Below, one piece after another: positions 42,921-56,180 of a stretch of DNA of 64,000 nt; positions within the stretch are counted from its first letter, which is position 1; the number at the start of each line of letters is the position of its first letter. A program made the position numbers and the translations under genes. The notes beneath the pieces are model-generated. The model was not told where the DNA came from, did no database searches, and saw only the letters and a list, made by a program, of their open reading frames with translations. The stretch comes from Felis catus. Taxonomy: Eukaryota. The DNA lies in assembly GCF_018350175.1 (NCBI RefSeq), contig NC_058369.1, positions 2,048,001-2,112,000 on the forward strand. Direction: 5' to 3'.

Positions 42921-43800
42921 ACAAAATGAGCCTTTATCCAGTCAGCAATGGGTCTCAACACCGCAACACCGACGGGTCACAGACCTCCGTCATGCAACAA
43001 CTGGGAGTGCTGCCTTCGATCTCCCTGCTATTCACCCAGTTGTTTCATAGCCATCTTTAGGTGTTGTTAAAGTTAGAACAGGGGTTTATGGGCCTTTGGA
43101 AAAAGACACAGTAGGCCTTATTTTTACACGGAGTAGTCTTACACTCAAAGGTATTCATGTGTATCTGGTGTTATTGACTGTGATTATGAAAATGAAATTC
43201 AAGTTATGATATCGACCGATAACCCTTATACTATTCAACCAGGGGATAAAATTGCTCAGTTACTTATTCTTCCTTATATAGGGGGCCAAAGCAATCCTGT
43301 TCTTCAAAATGGAGGTTTTGGTAGTACTGGCAAACAACTATATTGGCAAACTTTTTTGAAAGATCCTCACCCCGAAATACATCTTAAAATTAATAATACA
43401 TATTTTATAGGACTATTGGACACTGGAGCTGACATAACCATCATATCTGAAAAGTTATGGCCTTCATCTTGGCCTGTCGACAACATACCTGTAAGTTTTA
43501 CAGGACTTGGCTCCTTAGGGTGAATAAAAAGAAGCCCACAAATTATGAGATGTGAAGGACCCAAGGATCAACTCTTAAACCCTATGTGGCTAACATTGCC
43601 ATTAATCTGTGGGGCAGAGACTTACTTCAACAATGGGGTGCATATATTAATATCCCGTCTATATCTATTCAAAGTAAAAATATAATGTGCATCATGGGAT
43701 ATGATCCATTGAAGAGATTAGGTAAAAATCAACGGGCATTAAAACACCCCTTGATATTTTCCCCAAACATAAAACCGTAGGGCTAGGATATCCAAATTTA
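42883..43800 (+). pseudogene. pro: pro: dUTPase, aspartic protease and G-patch (disrupted)
   Basis: GGGAAAC slippery site at 42883; [56 protein letters not shown]. Confidence 0.92.
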
Positions 43801-46285
43801 CCCTAACGGCCACTGCCAGAGAACAAAAATATGCGCTGCCTTTAAAATGGCTTATTGATGAGCCCATATGGATACAGCAGTGGCCGCTTTCTCAAGAAAA
43901 AACTGGCAGCTTTAAAATCTTTAGTTTCCGAACAATTAGAAGCGGGACATATTGAACCCTCAACTAGTCCCTGGAATTCTCCAGGTTTTGTTATTTAAAA
44001 AAAAATCTGGGAAATGGAGAATGCTGAGTGATCTCTGAGCCATAAATAAAATCATACAGCAAACGGGGCTCTACAGCCTGGCCTTCCGACGCCTGTTGTT
44101 ATCCCTCGAGATTGGAAAATTATAGTTATTGATCTTAAGGATTACTTCTTCTCCATTCCCTTAAGCCCTAAAGAATCTGAGCGATTTGCATTCTCCATTC
44201 CTGTGGTTAATCATGAAGAGCCCATAAGCCGATTTCAATGGAAGGTTTTACCCCAAGGAATGTTAAATAGTCCCACTCTTTGTTGCAGAACCTCTCCGAT
44301 TTTTACAATCTCAGTTTCCTCATGCTAAGACCATCCATTACATGGATAGCATCCTATTAGCTTTACCCGAATGACATGATTTATATGCACTCTTTTTAGC
44401 AGCTCAGACAACCCTCTCAGAATATGGCCTTATTATTGCAGAAGACAAAATTCAGCGTGAAGATCCCTTATTCCATTTAGGTCAAAAATTAGTACAAAAT
44501 TCAATAATGCTTCAAAATGTTCAAATTCGTAGAGATACTTTGCATACTTTAAATGACTTCCCGAAGTTATCAGGAGACATTAATTGGCTACGGCCTACTC
44601 TGGGCATACCTACTTATCAACTGACTCATCTTTTTGATCTACTTAAAGGGGATTCCAGTTTAAATAGCCCTAGAAAATTCCGGAAGCATCCCAAGAATTA
44701 CAGTGGATTGAGCAGAAAATTGCTTCCAATCAGCTTCCTCGAATTAACCCCTCACTACCCATCTCTTTGTTAATTTTACCGTCACCGCATTCCCCTACAG
44801 GAGTGCTTTGGCAAGCTAATGGAATCATGGAATGGATATTTCTAGCCAACAAAGCCCTTAAAAAATTATCTACATATTTAGACAAAATAGGAATGTTAAT
44901 TTTTAAGGGTTGAGAGAGACTTCGGGAAATAACAGCCCAAGACCCTGAGACAATCATAGTACCTCTATCTCATGCACACAAATATCCATGGCATATCGAC
45001 AGTGCATTTCATGGCAACTTGGAGTTGCAGATTATATAGGTCCCATTGACAACCATTATCTAAATCCAAATTAATCCTTCATCACGCCTCGAGTTGTACA
45101 ATCAGTACCTGTAAATGGACCTAATTATTTCATGGATGCCAACAAGTCTGGCTATTCTGCATATTATGATCCTACTTCTAAATGTGTAAAATCCCTGTAA
45201 GCCTCAGTACAAAAGGCTGAACACTTGGCCATATTCTATTGCTTAAAGACGTTCCCTCCTCCATCAATATCTTAATGGATTCAGCCTATTCTAAGCAAGT
45301 GATTGAAAATTTGGAAATCATTAATATTTACTCAGATGGCTCAGAATTGTCTGACTTATTCCTTCAGGTCCAATAATATCTTCAGCACCAATGCCATCCT
45401 ATATACATTACTCACATATGATCTCATTCTGGCCTCCCCAGCCCCTTGGCAGAAGGAAATGCTACAGCGGATTCCTTATTGACAGCCCCTGTTCCTACAG
45501 CACAAGATTTTCACAATCTTACTCATTTTAATGCTAAAGGCCTAAGTAAACGCTTTTCTATTCCCCTTAAACAAGCTAGAGAAATCATCACACACTGCCC
45601 TACTTGTGGGCCTATTGTCATTCCTCCATACTCCCAGGGGGTTAATCCCAGAGGTCAGTAACCTAATGACTTATGGCAAATGGGTGTTACTCATGTTCTG
45701 CAATTCGGCCGCTTTGCATATGTACATGTATCAGTAGATACATATTCCGGTTTTATACGGGCTACACCTTTGACAGGGAAAAAACCAGCCCACGTTATAC
45801 AGCATCTTTCAGAAGCGCTTGCCACGACGGGGCTCCCCTGGAATCTTAAAACTGACAATGGCCCGGCTTGTACTTCTCACACTTTCCTTGTATTTTGCCA
45901 AAAATGGGACATTCCTTATAATCCACAGGGTCAAGCCATTATTGAACACACTGATCATACATTAAAAACCATGTTACAAAAACAAAAACGGGGATATGGC
46001 CTTGAATCCAAAGAATCAGTTAATGAAAACATTACTTACACTTAATTTTTTGGATTTAAGAGGTGAACAAGAGTTCACCGCAGCCGGAAAACCTCACACA
46101 ATCTTTAATGCCAGACCCCTTTCATAACCGATATTTTGGAAAAATGATAATAACCAATGGTGCCTGGATATGTTAAATTGTGGGGTCAAGGATTTGCTCT
46201 TGTATCCACAGATAGAGATATCTGGCTTCCAGCCTGGTGATCAAAACCACGATATGAACAGTTGGACAAAGAGGAAAAGATTCGA
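43795..46285 (+). pseudogene. pol: pol: RT, RNase H and integrase (disrupted)
   Basis: AAATTTA slippery site ~43795; [59 protein letters not shown]. Confidence 0.93.
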
Positions 46286-46310
46286 CAATTTTTGACCACT
46301 GGAGGAAGAT

Positions 46311-48110
46311 ATGGAAGAATTAAGCCTGGAACCCAAGATTATAAGGAAGGTAGAAATAAGAACCAAAAATACAATGAAAGCCAAACCTCCAACATGGGGA
46401 CAAGTGAAGATGACTCAAGAAGCCAAACAGATCCTCCAAAAAAGGGGAACACTTAAGACTTCTACTGTGTTTATTGCCATGATGTCGGTTGTTACTTTAA
46501 CTGGGAGTGCTAAAGAGAATCACACATATTAGGCTTATATTCCAAATCCACCTCTTAATAGATTAATTACATAGGATGATCCCTCTTTCCAGGCTTACGT
46601 AAATGATTCAGTCTGGTTGCCTGACCTTATGATAATAGAGGTCCATTTAAACCAGAAGAAGAAGGAAAAGTAATCCCTGAATATTCTGTAGGTGCAGAGG
46701 GGCCACCTATATGCTTTGGAACAGGTGACCACTGTGTTTCATTCATAGGCATGGATAGCAGAAATACCCAATGGGACTAATGTCCCCATACTGTATTTAC
46801 TACAAGGGGTCTCCATGAGAAGTCAAAAAACTACATACCATTACCCTCCTAAATTGCCTTGATGTCAAGAAAAACCATAAATCCTGAGGAACGGATTAAT
46901 TAGGAGCTCTGTAGAGAAGTTGGTAGAGTTCTTCTTAATACTTCCAAAGGAAGCATCATTGATTGGGCCCCTATAGGCTCTGCTCAGACCAAATACTCCA
47001 AAAAAGAACTCTGATGGTGTCGATATCATGATGACATCCTTTCGGATATAACATCTGAACCCACTGTATGGCATGAAGGAGGGATGACAACCCCCCAGCC
47101 CAGGTTTACCTGATGGGCCAGTTCATTCTGTCTGAGCTTTGGAAAATTGGTACTGGATCATTAGGCATGTCCTCTTGGAAAGGCTGCTTAATGTCTCAAG
47201 TAAATTCTCCCTCTCTTTTAGATTAAATGAGACTCATAAAATTCAAGCGTGTGTCAGACTTCCTTTTCTGTTTATGTTAGGTATGCCTCATTGGGACCCT
47301 GAAAACAATCTTCTTACTTGCCATGATTGCTCTTTTTATAATTTTATCCCTTTAAACAGGAGAGGCAAAGCTTATATATCCTTAAGGCATGAAATCGGGT
47401 TTGGATGCCTGTACTTATGGATTGGTCTTGGCAACACTCCCCTGAAATGTTTCTCATAGATGAAATATTGAAACATATTACATCGCACCTGACTATTTGT
47501 AGCTTTACTGGTAACCGCTGTACTTGGGATTATAGCTATTGCAGCTACAGCTGGTTTTGTGCTGCCCCAGACAGTACAAACTACCCACTTTGTACAACAC
47601 TGGCATCAAAATTCAGAAAGACTATGGAACAGCCAATGGTTGATTGATAACCAACTAGAGAGCCAATCATCTGACTTGCAACAAGCCGTTCTTTTTCTAG
47701 GAGATCAACTGATTAGTTTACAACAACAGGTAAAGCTTCAATGTGATTGGAATGTAACCACCTTTTGTGTCACTCTCCATGTATATAATCAGTCCAAGAT
47801 ATCATGGGACCTTGTGCATCGACACCTTCTTAAGGTAATACCTCCACGGATATAGCCCACTTGCAAAAGGACATTTATGATACATTCAAAAATAAACTTG
47901 AGATGCTTTCTGGTGCTCCCTCTCTAGCTGAGATAACTAATTGAATCTCAGAATTGAATCCAATGAATTATACAAAACCCTTAAGCTTTTCTGCAATTGG
48001 TATTCTTATATTAATCTTTGTCTTATTTGGATATACCTAGTCTGGAGAAGAGGCCAATGACGAAGCCAAGAATATGCCTCACAAGCCTCTGTCTTTGTAG
48101 TTCAGCTTTG
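46311..48110 (+). pseudogene. env: env (disrupted), HERV-K/beta type
   Basis: PPTWGQVK signal region, Y*AYIPNPPL, degraded furin site, TM LQCDWNVTTFCVT; acceptor tgtatccacag at 46211. Confidence 0.88.
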
Positions 48111-48134
48111 CCAAATGAAAGAAAAAGGGGAAGA

Positions 48135-48541
48135 TGTGGAAGATGTAGGAGAAAAACATCAAAGGAAAAGACTTCAAAAGGGAAAGGCTGGAGCAGGTGC
48201 AAGGCCTTAGGACATGTTTTCACAGCTGAACATGGCTGCTGCTCTTAAGGAATGCCTTGAGGCATTAGCATTGTCCAGGGCCGGATCCTCCTTCACTCCC
48301 GACCCTTCCTGGCTTCATAAAGAACAATTATCTATAAATTCAACCTTGAAAAACAAAACTATTAAGTTGATTAATACACTTGCTGAGCTGACTTTATGCA
48401 CGTAGCCTTTAGCAATTTCCCTAGTAAAAGGGGGCTTCATTCTGGAGTTGGGCCTCATTCCGACTCAAGTATGAGGACCTTCACTTAACCATTTTGCTTG
48501 CAGACTCTTCTTTTGCGACTCCGGCCATACTCCCTGCAACA
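48135..48541 (+). repeat. 3' LTR (407 bp), preceded by a polypurine tract
   Basis: aaagaaaaaggggaaga|TGTGG; about 97% identical to the 5' LTR by manual alignment. Confidence 0.97.
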
Positions 48542-49479
48542 GTCATGGTGAATAGTTTCCTTAATGTATTGTTGGATCCGGTTGGCTAATTTTGAGGATT
48601 TTTGCATCCATATTCATCAGGGAAATTGGTCTATAGTTCTCCTTTTTAGTGGGGTCTTTGTCTGCTTTTGGAATCAAGGTAATGCTGGCCTCATAGAAAG
48701 AGTTTGGAAGTTTTCCTTCCATTTCTACTTTTTGGAACAGCTTCAAGAGAATAGGTGTTAACTCTTGAATGTTTGGTGAAAGCCATCTGGCCCTGGACTC
48801 TTGTTTTTTGGCAGATTTTTGATTACTAATTCAATTTCTTTACTGGTTATGGGTCTATTCAAATTTTCTATTTCTTCCTGTTTCAGTTTTAGTAGTGTAT
48901 ATGTTTCTAGGAATTTGTCCATTTCTTCCAGATTACCCATTTTATTGGCGTATAATTGCTCATAATATTGTATTATTTTTATTTCTGCTGTGTTGGTTGT
49001 GATCTCTCCTCTTTCATTCTTGATTTTATTTATTTGGGTCCTTTCCTTTTTCTTTTTGATCAAACGGGCTAGTGGTTTATCAATTTTGTTAATTCTTTCA
49101 AAGAACCAGCTTCTGGTTTCATTAATCCGTTTTTTTTTTGTTTTTGTTTTTTTGGTTTCGATTGCACTGATTTCTGCTGTAATCATTTCCGGCCTTCTGC
49201 TGGTTTGGGGTTTTATTTGCTGTTCTTTTTCCAGCTCTTTAAGGTGTAAGGTTAGGTTGTGCATCTGAAACCTTTCTTCCTTCTTTAGGAAGGCCTGGAT
49301 TGCTATATACTTCCCTCTTATGACTGCCTTTGCTGTGTCCCAGAGGTTTTGGTTTATGGTGTTATCATTTTCATTGGCTTCCATGTACTTTTTAATTTCC
49401 TCTTTAACTTTTTGGTCAGCCCATACATTCTTTAGTAGGATGTTCTTTAGTCTCCAAGTATTTAACAGTGTGATTTCTG

Positions 49480-49895
49480 ATGCATGCCTCCTTTTGTACA
49501 CCTGGGGCCTTGGGGCACATTGTATCAGACTTCTAGAGGAACTGGATGCTAAGAAGCTAAGACCAGCAACATGGGGATGCCCATGACCAATCCTCAAATA
49601 AAATCCAAGGCCTCCAAGGTTCACCGACTACAAATATTTCACAAATGTTGTCACACATTAAGCTCTATCTGTACAATTTCATTGAGAGGGGATGAGTTGG
49701 ACCTTGAGCCTGATATCTCCTGGATTCTGCCCCATGTTCCTTTTCCATTCACTAATTTCAATACAGACCCTTTCCCAGTAATAAACTGCAACACTGTGCA
49801 TAACAGCTCTTCTGAAATAAGTCCTTCTGTGGAATATTTCCCTGAGTCCTCATAGTGAGTCCTCATATCTGAGGTTGGTGTTGAAGACCTGACAC
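49480..49895 (+). mobile_element. MER21-like LTR fragment
   Basis: End ctgagtcctc...ctgaggttggtgttgaagacctgacaca. Confidence 0.55.
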
Positions 49896-50129
49896 AGAGA
49901 ACCATCAACTCCCTGGGTTGTAAAGTAATTCACTACAAGGGCTAATGGTAGTTTAAAACGGTCAGGATAATTAGTGAACTTGCAGACAGACTGATTGGCT
50001 ATACAATCCAAAGAACAGAGAGAATAAAAATGTGGAAGGAATGTGGGGTACTGCCTAGTGTACCAACATACATGTGATGGCCATACAAGGACAGGAGAGA
50101 ACAAATACTCAAGAAATAATGGCTAAAAT

Positions 50130-50560
50130 GGGGCACCTGGGTGGCTCAGTCGGTTGAGCATCTGACTTTGGCTCAGGTCATGATCTCACCATTCATGAGT
50201 TTGAGCCCCACGTCGGGCTCTGTGCTGACAGCCTGGAGCCTGTTTTGGATTCTGTGTCTCCCTCTCTCTCTGCCCTCCCCTGCTCATACTCTCTCTCAAA
50301 AATAAATATTAGGGGAGCCTGGGTGGCGCAGTCGGTTAAGCGTCTGACTTCAGCCAGGTCGCAATCTCGCGGTCTGTGAGTTCAAGCCCCGCGTCAGGCT
50401 CTGGGCTGATGGCTCAGAGCCTGGAGCCTGTTTCCGATTCTGTGTCTCCCTCTCTCTCTCTGCCCCTTCCCCGTTCATGCTCTGTCTCTCTCTGTCCCAA
50501 AAATAAATAAATGTTGAAAAAAAATTAAAAAAAAAAATAAATAAATATTAAAAAATTTTT
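50130..50560 (+). mobile_element. Can-SINE with a young SINEC_Fc (50312-50537) nested in its tail
   Basis: Outer TSD aagaaataatggctaaaa; inner TSD aaataaatatta. Confidence 0.93.
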
Positions 50561-51797
50561 AAAGAAATAATGGCTAAAAATGATCCAAAGTTATTGAAAA
50601 TCAAATACGCATCTAGACGCTCAATGGACTGATTCCAAAGAGTAAAACTGCAAATAGATCCACGAGCAGATATATCGTAGTAAAAATTGTGGAAGTTAGG
50701 CCTGAGGAGGAATCACGAAAGCAGCAAGAGAAAAACCTGTCACCTAAAAGGGAACCACAGTAAGACAAGTGCTGATCCTCAGCGGAGACAGCAGAGGTCA
50801 AAGGGCATGGAATAACGTTTGTGGAGCGCGGAGAGAATGGGCAGCTGCCAATAAAGAATCTGCATCCAGAAAGCTAACTTCCAACAGTGAAGGCAAAAAT
50901 GAACGCATTTCCAAATAACAAAAATCTAAGAATTTTTTTTCCTAAGAGAAGCACCTTATAAGAAAATACTAAGAAAATCCCTTCAACTGGTAGCAATCGA
51001 AGGGTGGCGCTAATATAGCAACATAGGAGGAGGACTCCAGGCTTGCCTCCTCCCTCTAATGCAGGTAGATAGCATCAAATCACTCTGAATGCCTAAGAGA
51101 TCAATCTGGGGACTGACAGAACAAACCGCACGTAACTAGAGGGAGAGGTGAGGCCACACTGAGGAAGTTAGGAAGCGTGGAGATGTGGTTTGGGGGAGAA
51201 ACAGATGGCGGGTGCCATGGAGGAAAGGGAGCCTCGGTTGCAGAGAAAGGTGAGAGAAGATTGATCACACAGGGATATGGACAAGAACACTTCTCCAAAA
51301 CCATTGTCTGGGAAAATGAGAGGAGCGGACCAGCAGGGCTCAAAGACTGGAGTTTCAGAGGTTGGCATGTTTGTCTGGGATAAAGACCTGAGACCACTGC
51401 CCTACTCCTAGAGAGAAGGCAGGCAAACAATCCTGGGGCTGACTGTATGATCTCAGGATCACCAAAGGGGCAGAGGGAGAGACTTTCCTCTTTATGGAGT
51501 GCATCTGTGAGAGGTGACATTCGCAGAGTCACCTCTCAAGGGACAGAAGAGCCCACAGGTGCCATTTCCCTCACCCCTCAGCATAGGCACAGAGACACCT
51601 GTTGAGGGGTGGTTAAATGGACACTGGCTGTTTAGCCTGCTTGCTCCAAATGCCATGCCCCTGTGATCTGGTATGGCTGCCTTTCTGAGTCAAACCTGCA
51701 TCAATCCCAGCATGGTGAGACCCTTCCCATAGGACCAGTGCAGGTCCCTGCCACACCAGGTCCCCGAAATTTGTAATTTTAAAAGTCAGCAAGCTTG

Positions 51798-52219
51798 TGG
51801 GGCACGTGGGTGGCTTAGTCGGTTAAACATCCAATTCTTGGTTTTGGCTCAGGTCATGATCTCCTGGTTTGTGAGTTCAAGCCCCACACTGGGCTCTGTG
51901 CTGACAGTGCAGAGTCTACTTGAGGTTCTCTGTCTCCTCCTCTCTCTCTGCCCCTCCCCCACTCTCTCTCAAAAATAAACATTTAAAAAAATTTTATTTT
52001 TTTTTAATTTTTTTTTCAACGTTTATTTATTTTTGAGACAGAGAGAGACAGAGCATGAACGGGGGAGGGGCAGAGAGAGAGGGAGACACAGAATCGGAAA
52101 CAGGCTCCAGGCTCCGAGCCATCAGCCCAGAGCCTGACGCGGGGCTCGAACTCACGGACCACGAGATCGTGACCTGGCTGAAGTCGGACGCTTAACCGAC
52201 TGCGCCACCCAGGCGCCCC
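51798..52219. mobile_element. Can-SINE (+) with an inverted young SINEC_Fc (-) in its tail
   Basis: Tail-to-tail arrangement; inner TSD ttaaaaaaatttt. Confidence 0.92.
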
Positions 52220-53528
52220 TTAAAAAAATTTTTAAAGAAAATAAACATCAGCCAGCTTTGGACAGAGCCCAAAGTACACTGCACCACTCCAGGGAGAGAA
52301 GCAACCCAGACACAGACAGTGTAAGAATAGCGATCTGAAAAAAACCTAGGGCGCCTTTGTTCACTCTTCTGGGAGGGCATCCCTGAGAGCAGCAAATTCA
52401 GGGGCAAAAGAACTGGTTGGTGCCATTTCCCTACCCCACCCCTTAGCATAAACCAACTTCAGTAAATAGCACAGCATCAACACTGGCTACCTAACCTGCT
52501 TACACCAAGTCCCACCTCCTTGTGCTCTGCAGGTACTGCTGGCCCAGGAGGAGGACACAGGCTTTCCTAACACAGAGAAGAAGACAGAGACCTAGACAAA
52601 ATTCTAAGATAGAGGAATTCATCCTAAAAGAAAGAATAAAAAGAGGTCATGGCCAGGGATCTAACTGAAGCAGACATAAATAATATGCCTGATGCTGAAT
52701 TTAAAGCAACAAAGAACTTGAGATCCTAGTCAGGATTTCAGCTGTAACTGAGGTTTGAAACCATGTAGGTGTAATGAACACAAGGATGGAAGAAGCACAA
52801 GAATGAATAAGTGATATAGAAGATAAAATTATGGAGAAAAAATGAAGCTGAACAAAATAAAGAAAGAAGAATGATAGATCTTGAGAGTAGACTCCGGGAA
52901 CTCAGTAACTCGATCCAATGTAATAATATTCATATCATAGGAGTCCCAGGAGAAGAAGAAGAAAAGGGGCAGAAAGTTTATTTGAGGCAATAATAGCTGA
53001 AAACTTCCCTAAGCTGGGGAGGAAAATGGACATCCAAATCCAGAAGGCACAAAGAACTCACATCAAAATCAAGACATGGTGTAGTTAAATTTGCAAAATA
53101 TAGAGATAAGGAAAAATTCTAAATTCAGCAAGACAAAGGAAGTCACTAACTTACTAGGGAAGACAAATAAGGTTAGCAGCAGGTCTCTCCACAAAACTTG
53201 GCAGACCAGAAGAGAGTAGCATGATATATTCAATGTGCTGATTGGGAAAAATCTGCAGCCAAGAATATTCTGTCTAGCAAGGCTATTATTCAGAATAGAA
53301 GGAGAAATAAAGAATTTCCCAGGCAAAAACTAAAGGATTACTGACCACTAAACCAGCCCTGCAAAAAATATTAAAAGTGAATTCTTTGGGAAATAAAGAC
53401 CAAAAGTGACAAAGACTAGAAAGAAACAGAAATATCCCCAGAAACAATGACAAATTTCTCTGAATGTAAATAGACTAAATGCTCTAACCAAAAGATATCG
53501 GAATGGGTAAGAAAACAAGACCCATCTA

Positions 53529-53730
53529 GGGGGACCTGGGTGGCTCAGTCAGTTAAGCGTCTGACTTCAGGTCATGATCTCATGATCAATGAGTCTGAGC
53601 CCTGCATCCGGCTCTATGCCAACAGCTCAGAGCCTGGAGCCTGCTTCAAATTCTGTGCCTCCTTCTCTCTCTGCCCCTCCTCCACTTGCACTCTCTGTGT
53701 CAAAACAAACAAACAAACAAACAAACAAAA
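53529..53730 (+). mobile_element. Can-SINE inside L1
   Basis: SINE head and (AAAC)n tail. Confidence 0.9.
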
Positions 53731-53874
53731 CAAACATCTATATGCTGCCTACAAGATACTCATTTGAGATCTAAAGACACCTGCAGATTGAAAGTAAGGG
53801 AATGGAGAACGATCTATCATGCAGACATCAAAAGAAACCCAGAGTAGCCACACTTACATCAGACAAACTAGATT

Positions 53875-54083
53875 TTATTTTTTTATGTTTGTTTATTTAT
53901 TTTTGAGACAGAACACAAGCTAGAGAGGGGTAGAGATAGAAACACACACACAGAATCTGAAGCAGGCTCCAGGCTCCGAGCTGTCAGCACAGAGCCCAAT
54001 GCAAGGCTCGAATCCATGAACCGTGAGATCATGACCTGAGCCAAAGTCAGACACCTAACTAACTGAGCCACCCAGGTGCCCCC
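53875..54083 (-). mobile_element. Can-SINE inside L1
   Basis: TSD agacaaa(c/t)tagatttta. Confidence 0.9.
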
Positions 54084-56180
54084 AGACAAATTAGATTTTA
54101 AACCAAAGACTGTAACAAGAGATGAAGAAAGGCATTACATCATAATTAAGGAATCTATCCTTCAAAAGATTTAACAATTGTAAATATTTATCCCCCAACT
54201 TGTGAACACCCAAATATATAAATCAATAATAACAACCATAAAGGAACTCGTTGATAATAATACAATAATAGTGGAGATTTTAATGCCCCACTTACATCAG
54301 TGGACAGACCACCTAATCAGAAAATCAACAAGGAAACAAAGGCTTTGAAAGGCACAATGGATGGGAAAGACTTAACAGATATATTCAGAATATTTTATCC
54401 TAAAGCAGTGCACATGGGACATTCCCCAGAATAGATAATATACTAGGTCACAAACCAGGCCTCAGCAAGTACCGAAGATTGAGAGTATATCTGCATAATT
54501 TCAGACCACAACACTTGAAACCTGAAATCAACCATAAGAAAAAATTTAGACCACAAATTCATGGAGGGTATAGAACATCCTACTAAAGAATGAAAGGATT
54601 AACCAGGAAATTAAAGAAGAAAATTTAAAAAGTACATGGAAACAAATGGGAATGAAAACACTATGGTCAAAAACCTTTGGGATGCAGCAAAAGTGGTCCT
54701 AAGAGGAAAGTATATTGCAATACAGGCCTACCTCAAGAAGCAATAAAATCTCAAATACATAACCTAACCTTACACCTAAAGGAGCTAGAAAAAGAACAAC
54801 AAACAAAGCCAAAAGCCAGCAGAAGGGAAATAATAATTACAGCAGAAATAAATGATACAGAAACTTCAAACAAAAAACTGTAGAACGGATCAATGAAACA
54901 AGGAACACTAGTGCTTTGAAAACACTAATAAAATTGATAAACCCGTAGCCAGACTTACCAAAAAGAAAAGAGAAAGGATCCAAATGAATAGAATCACGAA
55001 TGAGAGAGGAGAAATAACAACAAACACTACGGAAATAAAAACAATTATAATATCATGACAAATCATATGCCACGAAGTCAGACAATCTGGAAGCAATGGA
55101 TAAAAACATGTAAAAGCATGTAAGAAGCATGTAAACTACCAAAACCAAAATGGGGAAATAGAAAACTTAGACTGATAACCAGCAAAGAAACTGAATCAGT
55201 AATCAAAAATCTCCCAACAAACAAAAGTCCAAGACCAAATGGCTTCACAGGGGATTTCTACCAAACATTGAAAGAGTGAACTCCTGTTCTTGTCAAACTG
55301 TTCCAAAAAAATAGAAATGGAAGGAAAACTTCCAAACTAATTCTATGAGGCCAGCATTAGCCTGGTTCCAAAACTAAAGATTCCACTAAAAAGGAGAACT
55401 ACAGGACAGTATCCTGATGCACATAGATGCAAAAATTCTCAACAAAATACTGCCAAATTGAATCCAACAGTACATTAAAAGAATCATTCACGATCAAGTG
55501 GGAATTATTCCTAGGCTGCAAGGGTGGTTAAATATTCACAAATCAACCAACATGATACACCACATTAATAAAAGAAAGAATAAGAATGATATGATCCTCT
55601 CAATAGATGCAGAAAAAGCATCTGACAAAGTAGAACATACATTCATGATAAAAACCCTCAACAAAGTAGGGATAGAGGGAACATAACTCAACATCATAAA
55701 GCTCACATGTGAGAAACCCACTGCTAACATCATCCTCAATGGGGAAAAACTGAGAGCTTTTCTTCTATGGTCAGGAAGAAGATAGGGATGTCCACTCTCA
55801 CCACTGTTAGTTAATATAGTACTAGAAGTCCTAGCCACGGCAAACAGACAACAAAACAAAATAAAAGGTATCCAAATTGGCAAGTAAGTTGTCAAACTTA
55901 CACTATTTGCAGATGACATGACACTCTATATAGAAAATTCAAAAGTCTCCACAAAAAATTGCTAGAACTGATACATTAATTAGATAAAGTCTCAGAATAC
56001 AAAATCAACATACATAAATGCATTGAATTTTTATACGAATAACGAAGCAGCAGAAAGAGAAACTAAGGAATCATTCTCGTTCATAATTAGACCAAACGCA
56101 CTAAGATACCTAGGAATAAACCTAACAAAGAGGGTAAAGACCTGTACTCTGAAAACTATAAAACACTGACGAAAGAAAAT

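Larger units (their letters stand above)
40698..48541 (+). mobile_element. Full-length defective betaretrovirus-like endogenous provirus (LTR-gag-pro-pol-env-LTR)
   Basis: Paired LTRs, 6-bp TSD gtcatg (40692-40697 and 48542-48547), PBS, PPT, dUTPase-protease-G-patch, RT/RNase H/IN and env motifs. Confidence 0.97.
38500..49462 (-). mobile_element. 5'-truncated carnivore L1 (ORF2 and 3'UTR) split by the provirus
   Basis: ORF2 peptides on both sides ([11 protein letters not shown] at ~40260; [14 protein letters not shown] at ~48600); TSD taaca(a/g)t(a/g)tgattt at 38486 and 49463. Confidence 0.93.

Noticed and set aside
48758..49624. 288-aa ORF as a novel chimeric gene
   Set aside because: It is truncated L1 ORF2 read in from flanking sequence, with a non-ATG start
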